Below, one piece after another: positions 47,889 through 58,087 of a stretch of DNA of 64,000 bases. The notes under the pieces are model-generated. The model was not told the DNA's origin and did no database searches. It saw only the letters and a program-made list of their open reading frames with translations. The number at the start of each line of letters is the position of its first letter. Position 1 is the first letter of the stretch. Both the position numbers and the translations under genes were made by a program. The stretch comes from an uncultured Actinomycetes bacterium (GTDB lineage Bacteria > Actinomycetota > Thermoleophilia > Solirubrobacterales > 70-9). Location: the NCBI GenBank assembly GCA_963781345.1, contig CAWAFQ010000015.1:1064-65063 (forward strand). The letters are read 5' to 3'.

Positions 47889-49703
47889 GTGAGCCAGACC
47901 ACTGCGTCTTCCGCGCCGACCAAGAACCTCAAGCTGATCTCGTGGGTCGATGAGATCGCCAAGCTGACCCAAGCCGACTCGGTCCACTGGTGCGACGGTT
48001 CGGCGCAGGAGTACGACCGCCTCGCCCAGGAGCTCGTCGACGCCGGCACCTTCGAGCGCCTCTCCGACGCCAAGAGGCCCAACTCCTACCTGGCGCTCTC
48101 CGACCCCGGTGACGTCGCCCGGGTCGAGGACCGGACCTTCATCTGCTCCGAGAGCTCCGAGGATGCGGGCCCGAACAACAACTGGAACGAGCCCGCCGAG
48201 ATGCGCGAGAAGCTCCGCGGCCTCTTCGCCGGCTCGATGAAGGGCCGCACGATGTACGTGGTGCCGTTCTCGATGGGGCCGCTCGGCTCCCACATCTCCC
48301 ACATCGGCGTCCAACTCACCGACTCCGCCTACGTCGCGGTATCGATGAGGATCATGACCCGGATGGGGGCCGGCGCCCTCGAGGTTCTCGGAGCCGACGG
48401 CGAGTTCGTCCCCTGCGTGCACTCGGTCGGAATGCCGCTGGCGGAGGGAGCCGAGGACGTCCCCTGGCCCTGCAACGCCGAGAACAAGTACATCGTCCAC
48501 TACCCCGAGACGCGGGAGATCTGGTCCTACGGCTCCGGCTACGGCGGCAACGCGCTGCTCGGGAAGAAGTGCTTCGCCCTGCGGATCGCCTCGGTCATGG
48601 CCCGTGACCAGGGTTGGATGGCCGAGCACATGCTGATCCTCAAGCTCACCTCTCCAGAGGGCGGCGTCAAGTACCTGGGCGGCGCCTTCCCGTCCGCCTG
48701 CGGCAAGACGAACCTCTCGATGATGATCCCCAGCCTTCCGGGATGGAAGGTCGAGACGATCGGCGACGACATCGCCTGGATGAAGGTCCACGAGGACGGC
48801 CGCCTCTACGCCGTCAACCCCGAGTTCGGCTTCTTCGGCGTCGCCCCCAACACCAGCCCGAAGACCAATCCCAATGCCCTGGCGACGGTCGCAGAGAACT
48901 CGATCTTCACCAACTGCGCGAAGACCGACGAGGGCGACATCTGGTGGGAAGGGATGACGCCCGAGCCGCCCGCGCACGCGATCGACTGGCACGGCAAGGA
49001 CTGGACTCCGGAGGCCGAGGCGCCGGCCGCCCACCCCAACGCCCGCTTCACGACGCCGGCGTCGCAGTGCCCGGCGATCGCCCCGGAGTGGGAGGACCCC
49101 AACGGGGTCCCGATCGACGCCTTCCTCTTCGGCGGGCGCCGGGCGACCGTCGTGCCGCTTGTCCACGAGGCGTTCGACTGGGAGCACGCGGTCTTCATGG
49201 GGTCGACCATGTCCTCGGAGACGACGGCCGCGGCCGCCGGGGCGGTCGGCGAGCTTCGCTTCGACCCGATGGCGATGCTGCCCTTCTGCGGCTACAACCT
49301 GGCCGACTACTTCTCGCACTGGCTGAAGATCGGCCGCCGCGAGGGCATCGTGCTGCCGCGGGTCTTCTACGTCAACTGGTTTCGCAAGGGCGCCGACGGC
49401 AAGTTCCTCTGGCCGGGCTTCGGCGAGAACAGCCGCGTGCTCGAATGGATCTTCCGCCGCTGCGACGGTGAGGCCGAGGCGACCGAGTCCGCGATCGGCC
49501 TGCTCCCCGCCGAGGGCGCGATCAAGACCGACGGTCTCGAGATCTCCGCTGAGGCGATGCGTGAGCTGACCACGGTCGACGAGGATCTCGTCCGTGCGCA
49601 GCTGCCCCAGGTCGAGGAGCACCTGGCCAAGTTCGGTGACCACCTGCCGCCCAAGGTCCGCGCCCAGTTCGAGGCGCTCCAAGAGCGGCTCGGTGTGAGC
49701 TGA
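47889..49703 (+). CDS. pckG: Phosphoenolpyruvate carboxykinase (GTP)
   Basis: 604 aa. Contains [18 protein letters not shown], the kinase-1a motif FPSACGKTN and WMKV. Confidence 0.95.
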   Translation: MSQTTASSAPTKNLKLISWVDEIAKLTQADSVHWCDGSAQEYDRLAQELVDAGTFERLSDAKRPNSYLALSDPGDVARVEDRTFICSESSEDAGPNNNWNEPAEMREKLRGLFAGSMKGRTMYVVPFSMGPLGSHISHIGVQLTDSAYVAVSMRIMTRMGAGALEVLGADGEFVPCVHSVGMPLAEGAEDVPWPCNAENKYIVHYPETREIWSYGSGYGGNALLGKKCFALRIASVMARDQGWMAEHMLILKLTSPEGGVKYLGGAFPSACGKTNLSMMIPSLPGWKVETIGDDIAWMKVHEDGRLYAVNPEFGFFGVAPNTSPKTNPNALATVAENSIFTNCAKTDEGDIWWEGMTPEPPAHAIDWHGKDWTPEAEAPAAHPNARFTTPASQCPAIAPEWEDPNGVPIDAFLFGGRRATVVPLVHEAFDWEHAVFMGSTMSSETTAAAAGAVGELRFDPMAMLPFCGYNLADYFSHWLKIGRREGIVLPRVFYVNWFRKGADGKFLWPGFGENSRVLEWIFRRCDGEAEATESAIGLLPAEGAIKTDGLEISAEAMRELTTVDEDLVRAQLPQVEEHLAKFGDHLPPKVRAQFEALQERLGVS

Positions 49704-49772
49704 GCGGCTGAGACGGGAGCTCACGGATCGTAGGGCTCGGCTCCGGGAGGGCCGACGGCTATCGTTTCTCGC

Positions 49773-51342
49773 TTGGCACAACGCCGCAATGAGCTGACTC
49801 TGCTGATGACAGCCCTTGTGGGGCTGGTCTTCGCTCTCGACCTGCTCTGGAGCCTGCTCAAGGGCCCCACCGGCAGTATCGCTTACCTGCTGATTGACGA
49901 GCCCTTGCACCTCGTGACCTGCGCTGTCGCGATCATCTCGGTCGCTGCACTCGCCGGATCGTGGCCAGCCGCGCGCTTCGTCGTGGCGGCGCTCGTCACC
50001 AGTGTGGCGATCGACGTCGACCACCTTCCGGGTTATCTCGGATCGCACCTGCTCGCCGGGTCCCTGCCGCGACCATACACGCATGGTCTGCTGCTGGTCG
50101 CGGCCTTGGTGGCACTCGGCTTGGCGTCTCGGCGTCGCGAGATCCGCGAGTTGTCCTTCGGCATTGCCTTCGGCATCTCGGCGCACCTCCTCCGCGACCT
50201 CGCAACGGGGCCCGGCGTGCCACTCGTCTGGCCGATCTCGGGCGGAACCGTCAGGCTGCCCTATGCCGTCTTCGCCGGGTCGCTGGCGTTGCCGGTCCTT
50301 GCTGTAAGTGCGGTAAGGGAGCCCGCTGGCGCCAGGAGGCGTCTCGGCTTGGCAACGATGCTTGTCACTATGGCGGTCGCCGCTGCGCTTGCCGCCATTC
50401 CCAGCTCGGCCGCGGCAACATCGGTCGTGAGCGTCGGAGCCTTCATACCCGGGGGGGACTCGAACCCGTCGCTGATCGACGACATGGCAAGGAGCATCGG
50501 CCGTCAGCCGGCGATGATCGTGAGCTACAAGGACTGGAGCCAGGCGCCGTTCGTGCGCGACCAGCTCGACGGCATCTGGAATCACGGAGCTGTCCCGATG
50601 ATCACCTGGGAGCCGTGGACGTCGTCCGGCGACGGCATTTCGCTCAGGCGGGTGGCGCGCGGGAAATACGATGGGTATGTAGAGGACGCAGCGCGCGCAG
50701 CGGCCGCCTGGAACAGGCCCCTGATGGTCCGCTTTGCTCAGGAGATGAACGGTCCCTGGTTCCCGTGGAGCGGCAGCCCATCGGCGTACAGGGCCGCCTG
50801 GCGGCACATCGTCAGGGTCTTTCGCAGGTCCGGCGCCGACAGAGTGCGATGGGTGTGGACCCCGTACGCGAACAGCGGAGGTCACCGCCCATTCAGTCGC
50901 TATTTCCCCGGCGGCAGATGGGTCGATTGGGTCGGGCTCGACGGAATCAATTGGGGTGGCGCCTTTCCATGGCGCAGTTTCATTCAGATCTTCGGTGCTT
51001 CCTACCGGGAGCTCGTGCGGCTCACTTCGAAACCGATCGTGCTCGCCGAGACCGGCTCGGGGGAGCAGGGAGGCAACGAAAGCTCGCTGGGTCTCGTCGA
51101 TGCTTCGGCGCAACATCCCTCGTATGACCCACATCAGGGCAATTTCCTTCTGGAACGTTGACGATGGGCGCGGCGACCTCCGCGTCGACAGTTCCCCAGC
51201 TTCAGTGCGGGCGCTCCGCAGCGCTCTCGCCAAACCGCGGTACAGATCGTCTAGGAAGGCCTTGATCAGCGTACCCTCGCTGCTGCGTGCCGAGACGGCC
51301 GGGCCCTTTCCGGGCGCCGGAGCCGCGCTTGCCTGGCGGTGA
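49773..51342 (+). pseudogene. Fusion of a DUF457/YdjM-like membrane hydrolase domain with a GH26-like glycoside hydrolase (GH26-A), frame disrupted between 51057 and 51079
   Basis: The N-terminal TM region carries IDVDHLPG, YTHG and SAHLLRD. The GH26 part has ITWEPW, FAQEMNGPWFPW and LAETGS. The C-terminal FWNVDDGRGDLRVDSS.. continues in ORF 50956..51342, in the +1 frame. Confidence 0.65.
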
Positions 51343-51349
51343 TGCGGCG

Positions 51350-52502
51350 GTGGGTCTGGTACTGCGCCGCGCTCTGCCGGCGGCTCTTGTCGCGGCTATC
51401 GCGGCGCTCGCCGCAAGTCCGGCCGGCGCCGCGCCCATAGCGCTCGGCGCGTACATGCCCGGGGCCTCCGATGATCCGGGCCTGATCGACCGGTTCGCCC
51501 GCCAGACCGGCCGCGCCCCGGTGATTGTCAACTCGTATAAGGACTGGAGCAGCCTGCCCTTCGACCGCGCCGAGCTTGAGTCTGTTTCGGAAGCGCAGGG
51601 GCGGTGCCGATGATCACCTGGGAGCCCTGGACCTCAAGCGGGGGTGACTTCCCGTTGAGGGCGATTGCGGCGGGGCGGTTCGACCGCTATCTCCGCAGGG
51701 CCGCCGGCTCCGCGGCACACTCGGGTAGGCCATTGTTGGTCCGCTTTGCGCAAGAGATGAACGGAGACTGGTTCCCCTGGGGCCAGCGCGCCGAAGGCAA
51801 CACAGGGCGGGCATTCAGGAGGGCATGGAAGCATGTCGTCAACCTCTTCCGTTTCCAAAGCGCCACGAACGTCGAGTGGGTCTGGTCCCCGAATGAGGAC
51901 TCGGGCGGGAGGTTCCAATTTGGACCGCTCTACCCCGGCGACGAATGGGTGAACTGGGTCGCCCTCGATGGCTTCAACTGGGGGGGCTCAGTTGGGTGGC
52001 CCTCGTTCACGAGGGTGTTCGGCAGTACCTATGACCGGCTGGTTCAATCACTTCCCGGCCGATGATGATCGCCGAGACGGCGGCGGGTGAGAGCGGAGGC
52101 GACAAGGCCGCCTGGATCACCAGCGCGCTCGAGCGTGAGGCGCCGCGTTTCTCTCACGTCCGGGCGCTGGTCTGGTTCAACGTCGATGATCCACGCGGGG
52201 ATTTCCGTGCCAACAGCTCTAACGCGTCGCTGCGAGCCTTCCGCAATGCGGTCAACTCGCCCTCCTATTCCGCGACCCGTCGCACACTCCTCAAGACGCC
52301 TGCGTTACTGCCGGCGGGCGCCCCCGCCCCACTTCCCCCAGACGGAGGTTACGGCGCCCCGTCGTTCCTCGAGAAGCTGTGGTTGAAGGTGCACGGCAAG
52401 TACGTGTGGCTCGTTTGCGCGGTCGTCCTCTCGGTGCTGGCGCTCACCGCCGCGGTTCTCGCGATGCGCCGAAGGTCTAGGCGACGCGGAGCCCCCGTCT
52501 AA
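51350..52502 (+). pseudogene. GH26-like glycoside hydrolase with a C-terminal TM anchor (GH26-B), split over three frames
   Basis: ORFs 51287..51613, 51604..52065 and 52062..52502 are colinear with GH26-A and GH26-C. The joins are at CAGGGG-CGGTG (51598-51602) and GGCC-GATG (52057-52062), each missing one nt of a G or C run. Contains FAQEMNGDWFPW and IAETAAG. Confidence 0.7.
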
Positions 52503-52504
52503 CC

Positions 52505-53278
52505 ATGCTCACAGTCATCGGCACCGATCTGGTCATTCTCTGCTATCACGCGGTCAGCGATACTTGGCCGAGCGTTGGCGCGATCGAGCCGAAGGCTCTC
52601 GAACGGCAGGTCCGGCACCTGCTGAAGCGGGGGTACCGGCCGCTCACGCTCTCCGCCGCGCTCAATGTCGAAGCAGGGGGGCGGAGTCTCGCAGTCACCT
52701 TCGACGACGCCTTCCATTCGGTGTTCGAGCAGGGCCTCCCTGTTCTGGAGGGGCTCGGAGTCCCGGCTACCTTGTTCGTCCCGACGGACTATGCAACCGA
52801 AGCGGCACCGATGACTTGGTCGAGCTTGGGGCAGTGGGTCGGCACCTCATACGAACAGGAGCTGCGATGCATGTCCTGGGACAGTGTTCGGCGCCTTCTG
52901 GAAGTCGGTTGGGAGGTCGGATCCCACACATGCTCCCACCCGGACCTAACCGCCATTGATCCCAAAGAGGCCGCGACCGAGCTGTCAAGTTCACGAGATG
53001 TTTGCGAGGCCGAATTGCAGAGCTTCTGCACCTCGCTGGCATATCCGTTTGGATCCGTTGACGAGGGTGTCGTCGATCTGGCGAGGGGAGCTGGCTACAG
53101 GCACGCGGTGACCCTCGGCGATCGTCTCCTCGGACCCCGATGTCGGGACCGCCCGCTCAAGCTCTCGCGCGAGGGCGTTTACCGCACCACCCGCCGACCT
53201 CACTTCGCGGCAGCCACTTCGCCCCTGTTCGGCAGGGTGCGCGGTTCTCAGCTCTACAGCAAGCTGGCGCCTTCCTAG
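52505..53278 (+). CDS. Polysaccharide deacetylase (CE4 family)
   Basis: Contains TFDDAF (the DD motif), GSHTCSHP (HxxxxH) and LAYPFG. Confidence 0.8.
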   Translation: MLTVIGTDLVILCYHAVSDTWPSVGAIEPKALERQVRHLLKRGYRPLTLSAALNVEAGGRSLAVTFDDAFHSVFEQGLPVLEGLGVPATLFVPTDYATEAAPMTWSSLGQWVGTSYEQELRCMSWDSVRRLLEVGWEVGSHTCSHPDLTAIDPKEAATELSSSRDVCEAELQSFCTSLAYPFGSVDEGVVDLARGAGYRHAVTLGDRLLGPRCRDRPLKLSREGVYRTTRRPHFAAATSPLFGRVRGSQLYSKLAPS

Positions 53279-53394
53279 GATCAGAGCAGGCGGTACGCGC
53301 CTGATCTCGCAAACGAGAGCGGGGCGCCGAGACATACGTCCAGGGTCTGGGGTGCCCACTGGCGCATCTGTGGCGGTGGTCCGACGAGGTAAGT

Positions 53395-54699
53395 GTGTCC
53401 ACCTCGATTCGGCCAAGATTCGCGTCTCTTCTTGCGACGATCTCAATAGCGGCCGCGCTGGCCGCGGTTCCGGCCTCGGCATCAGCGACGATCCAGCTCG
53501 GTGCCTACACGCCCGGGGCTCCCGCGAACGCCCAGGCGCTCTCCGATTACGCGGCAATGGTCGGTCGCAAGCCGGACATCGTCATGTGGTACCGCGACTT
53601 CGGCCAGCCGCTGCTCTACTCGAACGAGGTTTCCAACCTCCGTGCCACCGGTCAGACGCCGATGGCGACCTGGGAGCCCTACAGCCAGACGCTCTCTCAG
53701 ATCGCCTCGGGCGCTTACGACACATACCTCCACGAATCGGCCCAGATCGCCAAGACCTGGGGCAGCACCATGATGATCCGCTTCGGTCACGAGATGAACG
53801 GAACCTGGTACCCGTGGGCCGGAGGCAACGCTTCCCCTGAAACGTTTGTTGCCGCCTGGCGCCACATCGTCTCGGTCTTCCGCGCCGACGGTGCCAATAA
53901 TGTCAAGTGGGTCTGGTCCCCGAACATCCAGGAGGGGAGCAAGTATCCGATCGCTCCGTACTTCCCCGGCGACGCGTGGATCGACTTCGTCGCCCTCGAC
54001 GGTTACAACTGGGGCCAGGCGCCTGGTGAGAGTTGGCGGAGCCTCCAGAGCGTCTTCGCCCCCTCCTACTCGATCGTGACCGGGCTGAGCTCAAAGCCCG
54101 TGGTCTTCACCGAGACGTCCTCGAGTGAACGGGGCGGCGACAAGGCGGCCTGGATTCGCCAGGGATTCCTCTCGACGATTCCGCAGAGCTTCCCTCGGGT
54201 CAGCGCTGTCGTCTGGTTCAACAGGTCCCAGGAAGATGACTGGCGAATCAACTCGTCTCAGACCTCGCTCTCCGCCTACCGCGCGGTTGTCGCGTGTTCC
54301 ATCTACGGCGGCACCGGACCATGCGAGACCGGCGCCACCGGAACAACGGGCACGATCGGAACAACGGGCACGACCGGAGCTAAGGGCGCGAAGCACAAGA
54401 AGAGGCTGGCCTTCAGGTCTCTCTACGTACCTCAGCGGGTAAGGAGCAGGCTCAACGGCGCGATCTCCTACGGCCTCTCGCGGACGGCGTGGGTGAAGAT
54501 CAAGATCCTGTCGCGCGGGCACTATTCGCGGCGTGTGATCCTGATCCGCAGGAGTCACGCGGGTCACAACAGACTGCCGCTGGCCCGGATCTTGCGACGG
54601 CGCAGGCTGCACGTCGGCAAGTACCGGGTCGTAATCAGCGCTCACAACGGCCTGGGTCAGCGCTCCCGCAGCCGCAAGGATCGCTTCCGCGTCGTCTAG
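53395..54699 (+). CDS. Secreted GH26-like glycoside hydrolase with a short collagen-like G-X-Y stretch and a basic C-terminal domain (GH26-C)
   Basis: GTG start with a GAGG RBS and a signal peptide ..ASASA. Contains FGHEMNGTWYPW, FTETSS and GATGTTGTIGTTGTTGAKGAK. Confidence 0.75.
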   Translation: MSTSIRPRFASLLATISIAAALAAVPASASATIQLGAYTPGAPANAQALSDYAAMVGRKPDIVMWYRDFGQPLLYSNEVSNLRATGQTPMATWEPYSQTLSQIASGAYDTYLHESAQIAKTWGSTMMIRFGHEMNGTWYPWAGGNASPETFVAAWRHIVSVFRADGANNVKWVWSPNIQEGSKYPIAPYFPGDAWIDFVALDGYNWGQAPGESWRSLQSVFAPSYSIVTGLSSKPVVFTETSSSERGGDKAAWIRQGFLSTIPQSFPRVSAVVWFNRSQEDDWRINSSQTSLSAYRAVVACSIYGGTGPCETGATGTTGTIGTTGTTGAKGAKHKKRLAFRSLYVPQRVRSRLNGAISYGLSRTAWVKIKILSRGHYSRRVILIRRSHAGHNRLPLARILRRRRLHVGKYRVVISAHNGLGQRSRSRKDRFRVV

Positions 54700-54755
54700 C
54701 TAGATGGTTGATTCGAGATAGGGGGCTCGGATCGTCGCCAGCAACGGCGGCCTCT

Positions 54756-56135
54756 TCACACGAACTTGGAGTGCTGGTCCGCCGACGCGGGACGTTTGGC
54801 GGGTTGCGGCGGGGACGGGTGCGGCTTGGGGCTCACTGCGATTTCCCGGGGACCGAGCCTGATGAATCGGAACACGTCTCGGCTCATCACTGCGGCCTCG
54901 ATGCAGACCGCTGCCAGCCAGCCGGCCGCGACCAGGGACAGGCTTCCCTTCAGACCACCCGCGACCGCGCCGGTCAGCTCAAGGGCAGTGCCTCCGACCA
55001 CGATCGGGATTGTGGCGGGGATCCGGCGTTCGACCCGCTTGACCGAAAGGTAGTGGGCTTTGATCGTCTCGGGGAATACGCCGAGCGCGAGGATGTGCAG
55101 AGTGCCAAGTGCCTGCTGCTCGTAACCGGCGCCGAACAAGCTAAGGATCGGGCCCCCGGCAACGAGGAGAACCAGGTTCGCGGCAAGCCCAAGGCTCGCC
55201 GAGAGGGTGATGCTTAGGCGATAGCGGTCGGAGAGGCGGTGGGGGTCGCCGGACCCGACCGCGAAGAGGACCGAGCTGAGCGAGACGGGCACCATAAAGC
55301 CGAAGCTGGCGACCATCCAGGCGATGTAGAAGTTCGCGTTCGCCGTGGCCGAGAGCACGGAGACGACGATCAGCGGCAGAATCAGGTCAGGCGCCCGGAT
55401 CGCAAGATTGAAGACGTGGTGAGTGGCGGCCTCCACGCGCATCTCGTTCAGCAGGCCCAGCTTCGGACTCAGGCTGTCCTCACCGCGGTGCATGTAGAAG
55501 CGAACCATCACGGCGAGAGAGAGGGCGATGCCGGCAGTCCAGGCGGAATAGATCCAGACCCCGCCAGGGCCCGCGACCAGGTATCCCACGAGTGCAATAG
55601 CGATCAGCTTGGTGAGCGAGAAGACGACGTTCCGCGTCAGTTGCAGGTCCCCCCGCATCAGGCCGATCAGAGCCTGGTCCAGGACTCCCGTAGATCCGGT
55701 GAGGCCGACGCCCACCGCGAACACGAGCGCTGCCACCCAGGTTTCGCTCAGCGGCCCCAGGTCGGACGAGACCAGCGGAGCGACGATGGCGAAGCCGAGT
55801 CCGATCGCCACCCCGAGCGCGCCGCTGACCGCGAGCGCTGCATTGAGCAGGCTCCGATGGTGGTCGGTGCGGCGGGGAAGCTCGCCCATGAGCAGAGTGC
55901 CGAGCCCAACCGTCGCCAGGTACCCCAGCAGCATCATCGCCGAGATCGCCGCGCTGGAGACGCCGACGGCGTTAGCGCTGAACTGGCGCGCCGCAACCAG
56001 CCAGAAGGCCGCCCCGAGCAGGGCGGTGACCAGGACGGTGCCCATCATCGAGCCCGCGTTCTGCAGCACGGTTTGGTTGCGGGCGATCTCCGCCCTGAGT
56101 CTGGCCACTGCCCCTGTCGAGGCGCCGTTCGTCAT
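54756..56135 (-). CDS. Polysaccharide biosynthesis flippase (MOP/Wzx-like)
   Basis: 459 aa with about 12-14 TM segments. It is the last gene of the overlapping glycosyltransferase operon. Confidence 0.7.
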   Translation of the reverse strand: MTNGASTGAVARLRAEIARNQTVLQNAGSMMGTVLVTALLGAAFWLVAARQFSANAVGVSSAAISAMMLLGYLATVGLGTLLMGELPRRTDHHRSLLNAALAVSGALGVAIGLGFAIVAPLVSSDLGPLSETWVAALVFAVGVGLTGSTGVLDQALIGLMRGDLQLTRNVVFSLTKLIAIALVGYLVAGPGGVWIYSAWTAGIALSLAVMVRFYMHRGEDSLSPKLGLLNEMRVEAATHHVFNLAIRAPDLILPLIVVSVLSATANANFYIAWMVASFGFMVPVSLSSVLFAVGSGDPHRLSDRYRLSITLSASLGLAANLVLLVAGGPILSLFGAGYEQQALGTLHILALGVFPETIKAHYLSVKRVERRIPATIPIVVGGTALELTGAVAGGLKGSLSLVAAGWLAAVCIEAAVMSRDVFRFIRLGPREIAVSPKPHPSPPQPAKRPASADQHSKFV

Positions 56136-58087
56136 CTCGAGCGCAGCCCGCTCGTGTCGTAGATGGCTATCGCTCCGTTGTCGAAGATTCTGCTGAGGCC
56201 GCGTACGTGGTTGAACTTGCTGAGTGCGAAACGGCTGATCGGCTTGCGGTAGCTGTTAGCGTTCGGCTCTGTCGATTCGAAGTAGTACCCGCCCGCGGGC
56301 ACTTCATGGCTGAGGCGGCGATCGATGACGATGTACTCGATCTCGTCGTTGCTGACCAAGGCCTGGTCGATCGCATCGAAAGTGCTGCTGAAGAAGATCC
56401 GCGTGACCGGGATGCCTCCGTAACTGCCGGTGACGTACTCGAGTTGACCATAGGATCCGAGGAGGGTGGAGTTGGGGCGGTCTATGATCACGCGACTGCC
56501 GGCGGGCAGCTCACTGGCCGCGAACTTGGCGGCGACAACTCCCTGCGGGCTGACCGCCCGCGCCTCTCCACCGACGAGGAAGGGTCCCGGCTGCCGGGAG
56601 ACGGGTGACTCCCCGACAATGAACCCGCCCAAGAAGACCACCGTCGCGAGCGCGCCGAGGGCGAGCCTTCGGGCCGCACGTCTGCCCGCGCCGCCGCGCC
56701 AGGGCAGCTCGCTGAGCAGCAGGCCGCTAACGAACGCGAGCCCAACGAAAACGAATTCCGATGCTCGCTGGGATGTCTCGGTCCCGGCCTGCGTCAGTCG
56801 AAGCACGAGCGTTGCCGGATAGAGGAGCGCGACGATTGCAAGCGCCCGCCACAGCGGGCTGGAGCCTCTGCCGCGCCAGGTCCTCAAGAGCCCCAGGGGA
56901 ATCACGGCGAGCAGCGGTAGGACGGAGGCGACACCGAGGATGCGCGCAGCTGTGGTGTTGGACTGGCCAGCCGACTGAAACAGGGTCTTCGGCCCGGACC
57001 CTCCACCGAATATCAGATGGGCGACTGATTCGAAAGCATCTTTGAAGACTGCGCCCAGTTCGGCGGTGGTGACTTGGTTCGCCTCGAAGACGAACCACGC
57101 GGCTGCGGCTGCGGCCAGCAGCAGCGCGGGCAACCCCGGGCCGTGAATCCAGGGCGCACGCGGGGAGGCGTGTCCCCGAGTCTCGGTGGCGCCGCCGGCG
57201 GCCGCGATCGGCCTCTCGTCGGTCAGGGCGATCAACAGGGCCCAGAGAACGAGGAATCCGACCATCGCATAGGAGCTCAGGTGGTGGGTGATGGCGAGCG
57301 TAGCCGCGAGGACCGCCATCGCCGCAACCAGGCCGATGTCGTTCCAGCCGCGACCCTCGCTAGTAGGGTCGGTCCACCGCTGCGCTGTGAGCAGGAGCGC
57401 TCCTCCGACCGTCAAGGCCAGCGACTCATAGCCGAACTGAGAGTCAAAGTAGAGGAAGCTTGGGTTGCAGGCATAGATGGCGGTACCGATGCCGGCCGCG
57501 CGCGGCGAGCGGGTGGTCCGCTCCAGGAACAGAAACAGGGCCAGCATTAGCGCCACCCGCGCAAGACCGATCACGATCAGACTGGAGATGAAGATCGGGA
57601 GGAGCGCCAGTTGGGCGAGGGCCGCCGTGATCAGACTCAGCCCCGGGAAGCCCGCAAACCCGGAGACCAGCGGGTTGGGCGACAGCGGATGCCCGGTCGC
57701 GATCAGGTCGGAGGTCTGACGCCAGGTCGCCAACTCGTCATGCAGGGTGAGCCCTGTTGGGTTGTAGAGGACCTTTACGAGATAGAGCGCGCCGCCGAGC
57801 AGCAGGGCGAGCGCGAGCCGCTCCTCTCTGGATGCCGAGGTGCCGAGAAGCCGCAGCGCGATCGGCGCGTAGATCACTATGAGACCCCCCCAAAAGAGCG
57901 GCTGGGCCTCGCTCAGGCTCAGCCGGGCGCTGTTGTTGCCGAGGGCGACCATGACCAGGCCGCAAGCCACGATCAGGGCGATCAGCGGCGCAACCCCCAG
58001 CGACAGTCGCGGTCCGCGGCTCCGTTGCAGCTCCGTGGGACCTGCCGATGTGGCGGAATGCCGGACCGGCGCCTCCAGCGATTTCAC
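56132..58087 (-). CDS. Large polytopic membrane protein, possibly a GT-C type glycosyltransferase or polymerase
   Basis: 651 aa. The N-terminal two thirds are multi-TM and the C-terminal ~170 aa are soluble. Start and stop overlap the neighbouring genes. No motif is assigned with confidence. Confidence 0.45.
   Translation of the reverse strand: MKSLEAPVRHSATSAGPTELQRSRGPRLSLGVAPLIALIVACGLVMVALGNNSARLSLSEAQPLFWGGLIVIYAPIALRLLGTSASREERLALALLLGGALYLVKVLYNPTGLTLHDELATWRQTSDLIATGHPLSPNPLVSGFAGFPGLSLITAALAQLALLPIFISSLIVIGLARVALMLALFLFLERTTRSPRAAGIGTAIYACNPSFLYFDSQFGYESLALTVGGALLLTAQRWTDPTSEGRGWNDIGLVAAMAVLAATLAITHHLSSYAMVGFLVLWALLIALTDERPIAAAGGATETRGHASPRAPWIHGPGLPALLLAAAAAAWFVFEANQVTTAELGAVFKDAFESVAHLIFGGGSGPKTLFQSAGQSNTTAARILGVASVLPLLAVIPLGLLRTWRGRGSSPLWRALAIVALLYPATLVLRLTQAGTETSQRASEFVFVGLAFVSGLLLSELPWRGGAGRRAARRLALGALATVVFLGGFIVGESPVSRQPGPFLVGGEARAVSPQGVVAAKFAASELPAGSRVIIDRPNSTLLGSYGQLEYVTGSYGGIPVTRIFFSSTFDAIDQALVSNDEIEYIVIDRRLSHEVPAGGYYFESTEPNANSYRKPISRFALSKFNHVRGLSRIFDNGAIAIYDTSGLRSR

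Noticed and set aside
47784-51233. 1149-aa ORF on the minus strand, the longest in the track
   Set aside because: It runs antisense to pckG and GH26-A, both of which have unmistakable motifs. Its translation is low-complexity and Arg/Gly/Pro/Asp-rich with no recognisable domain. This is a typical stop-free shadow frame in high-GC DNA.
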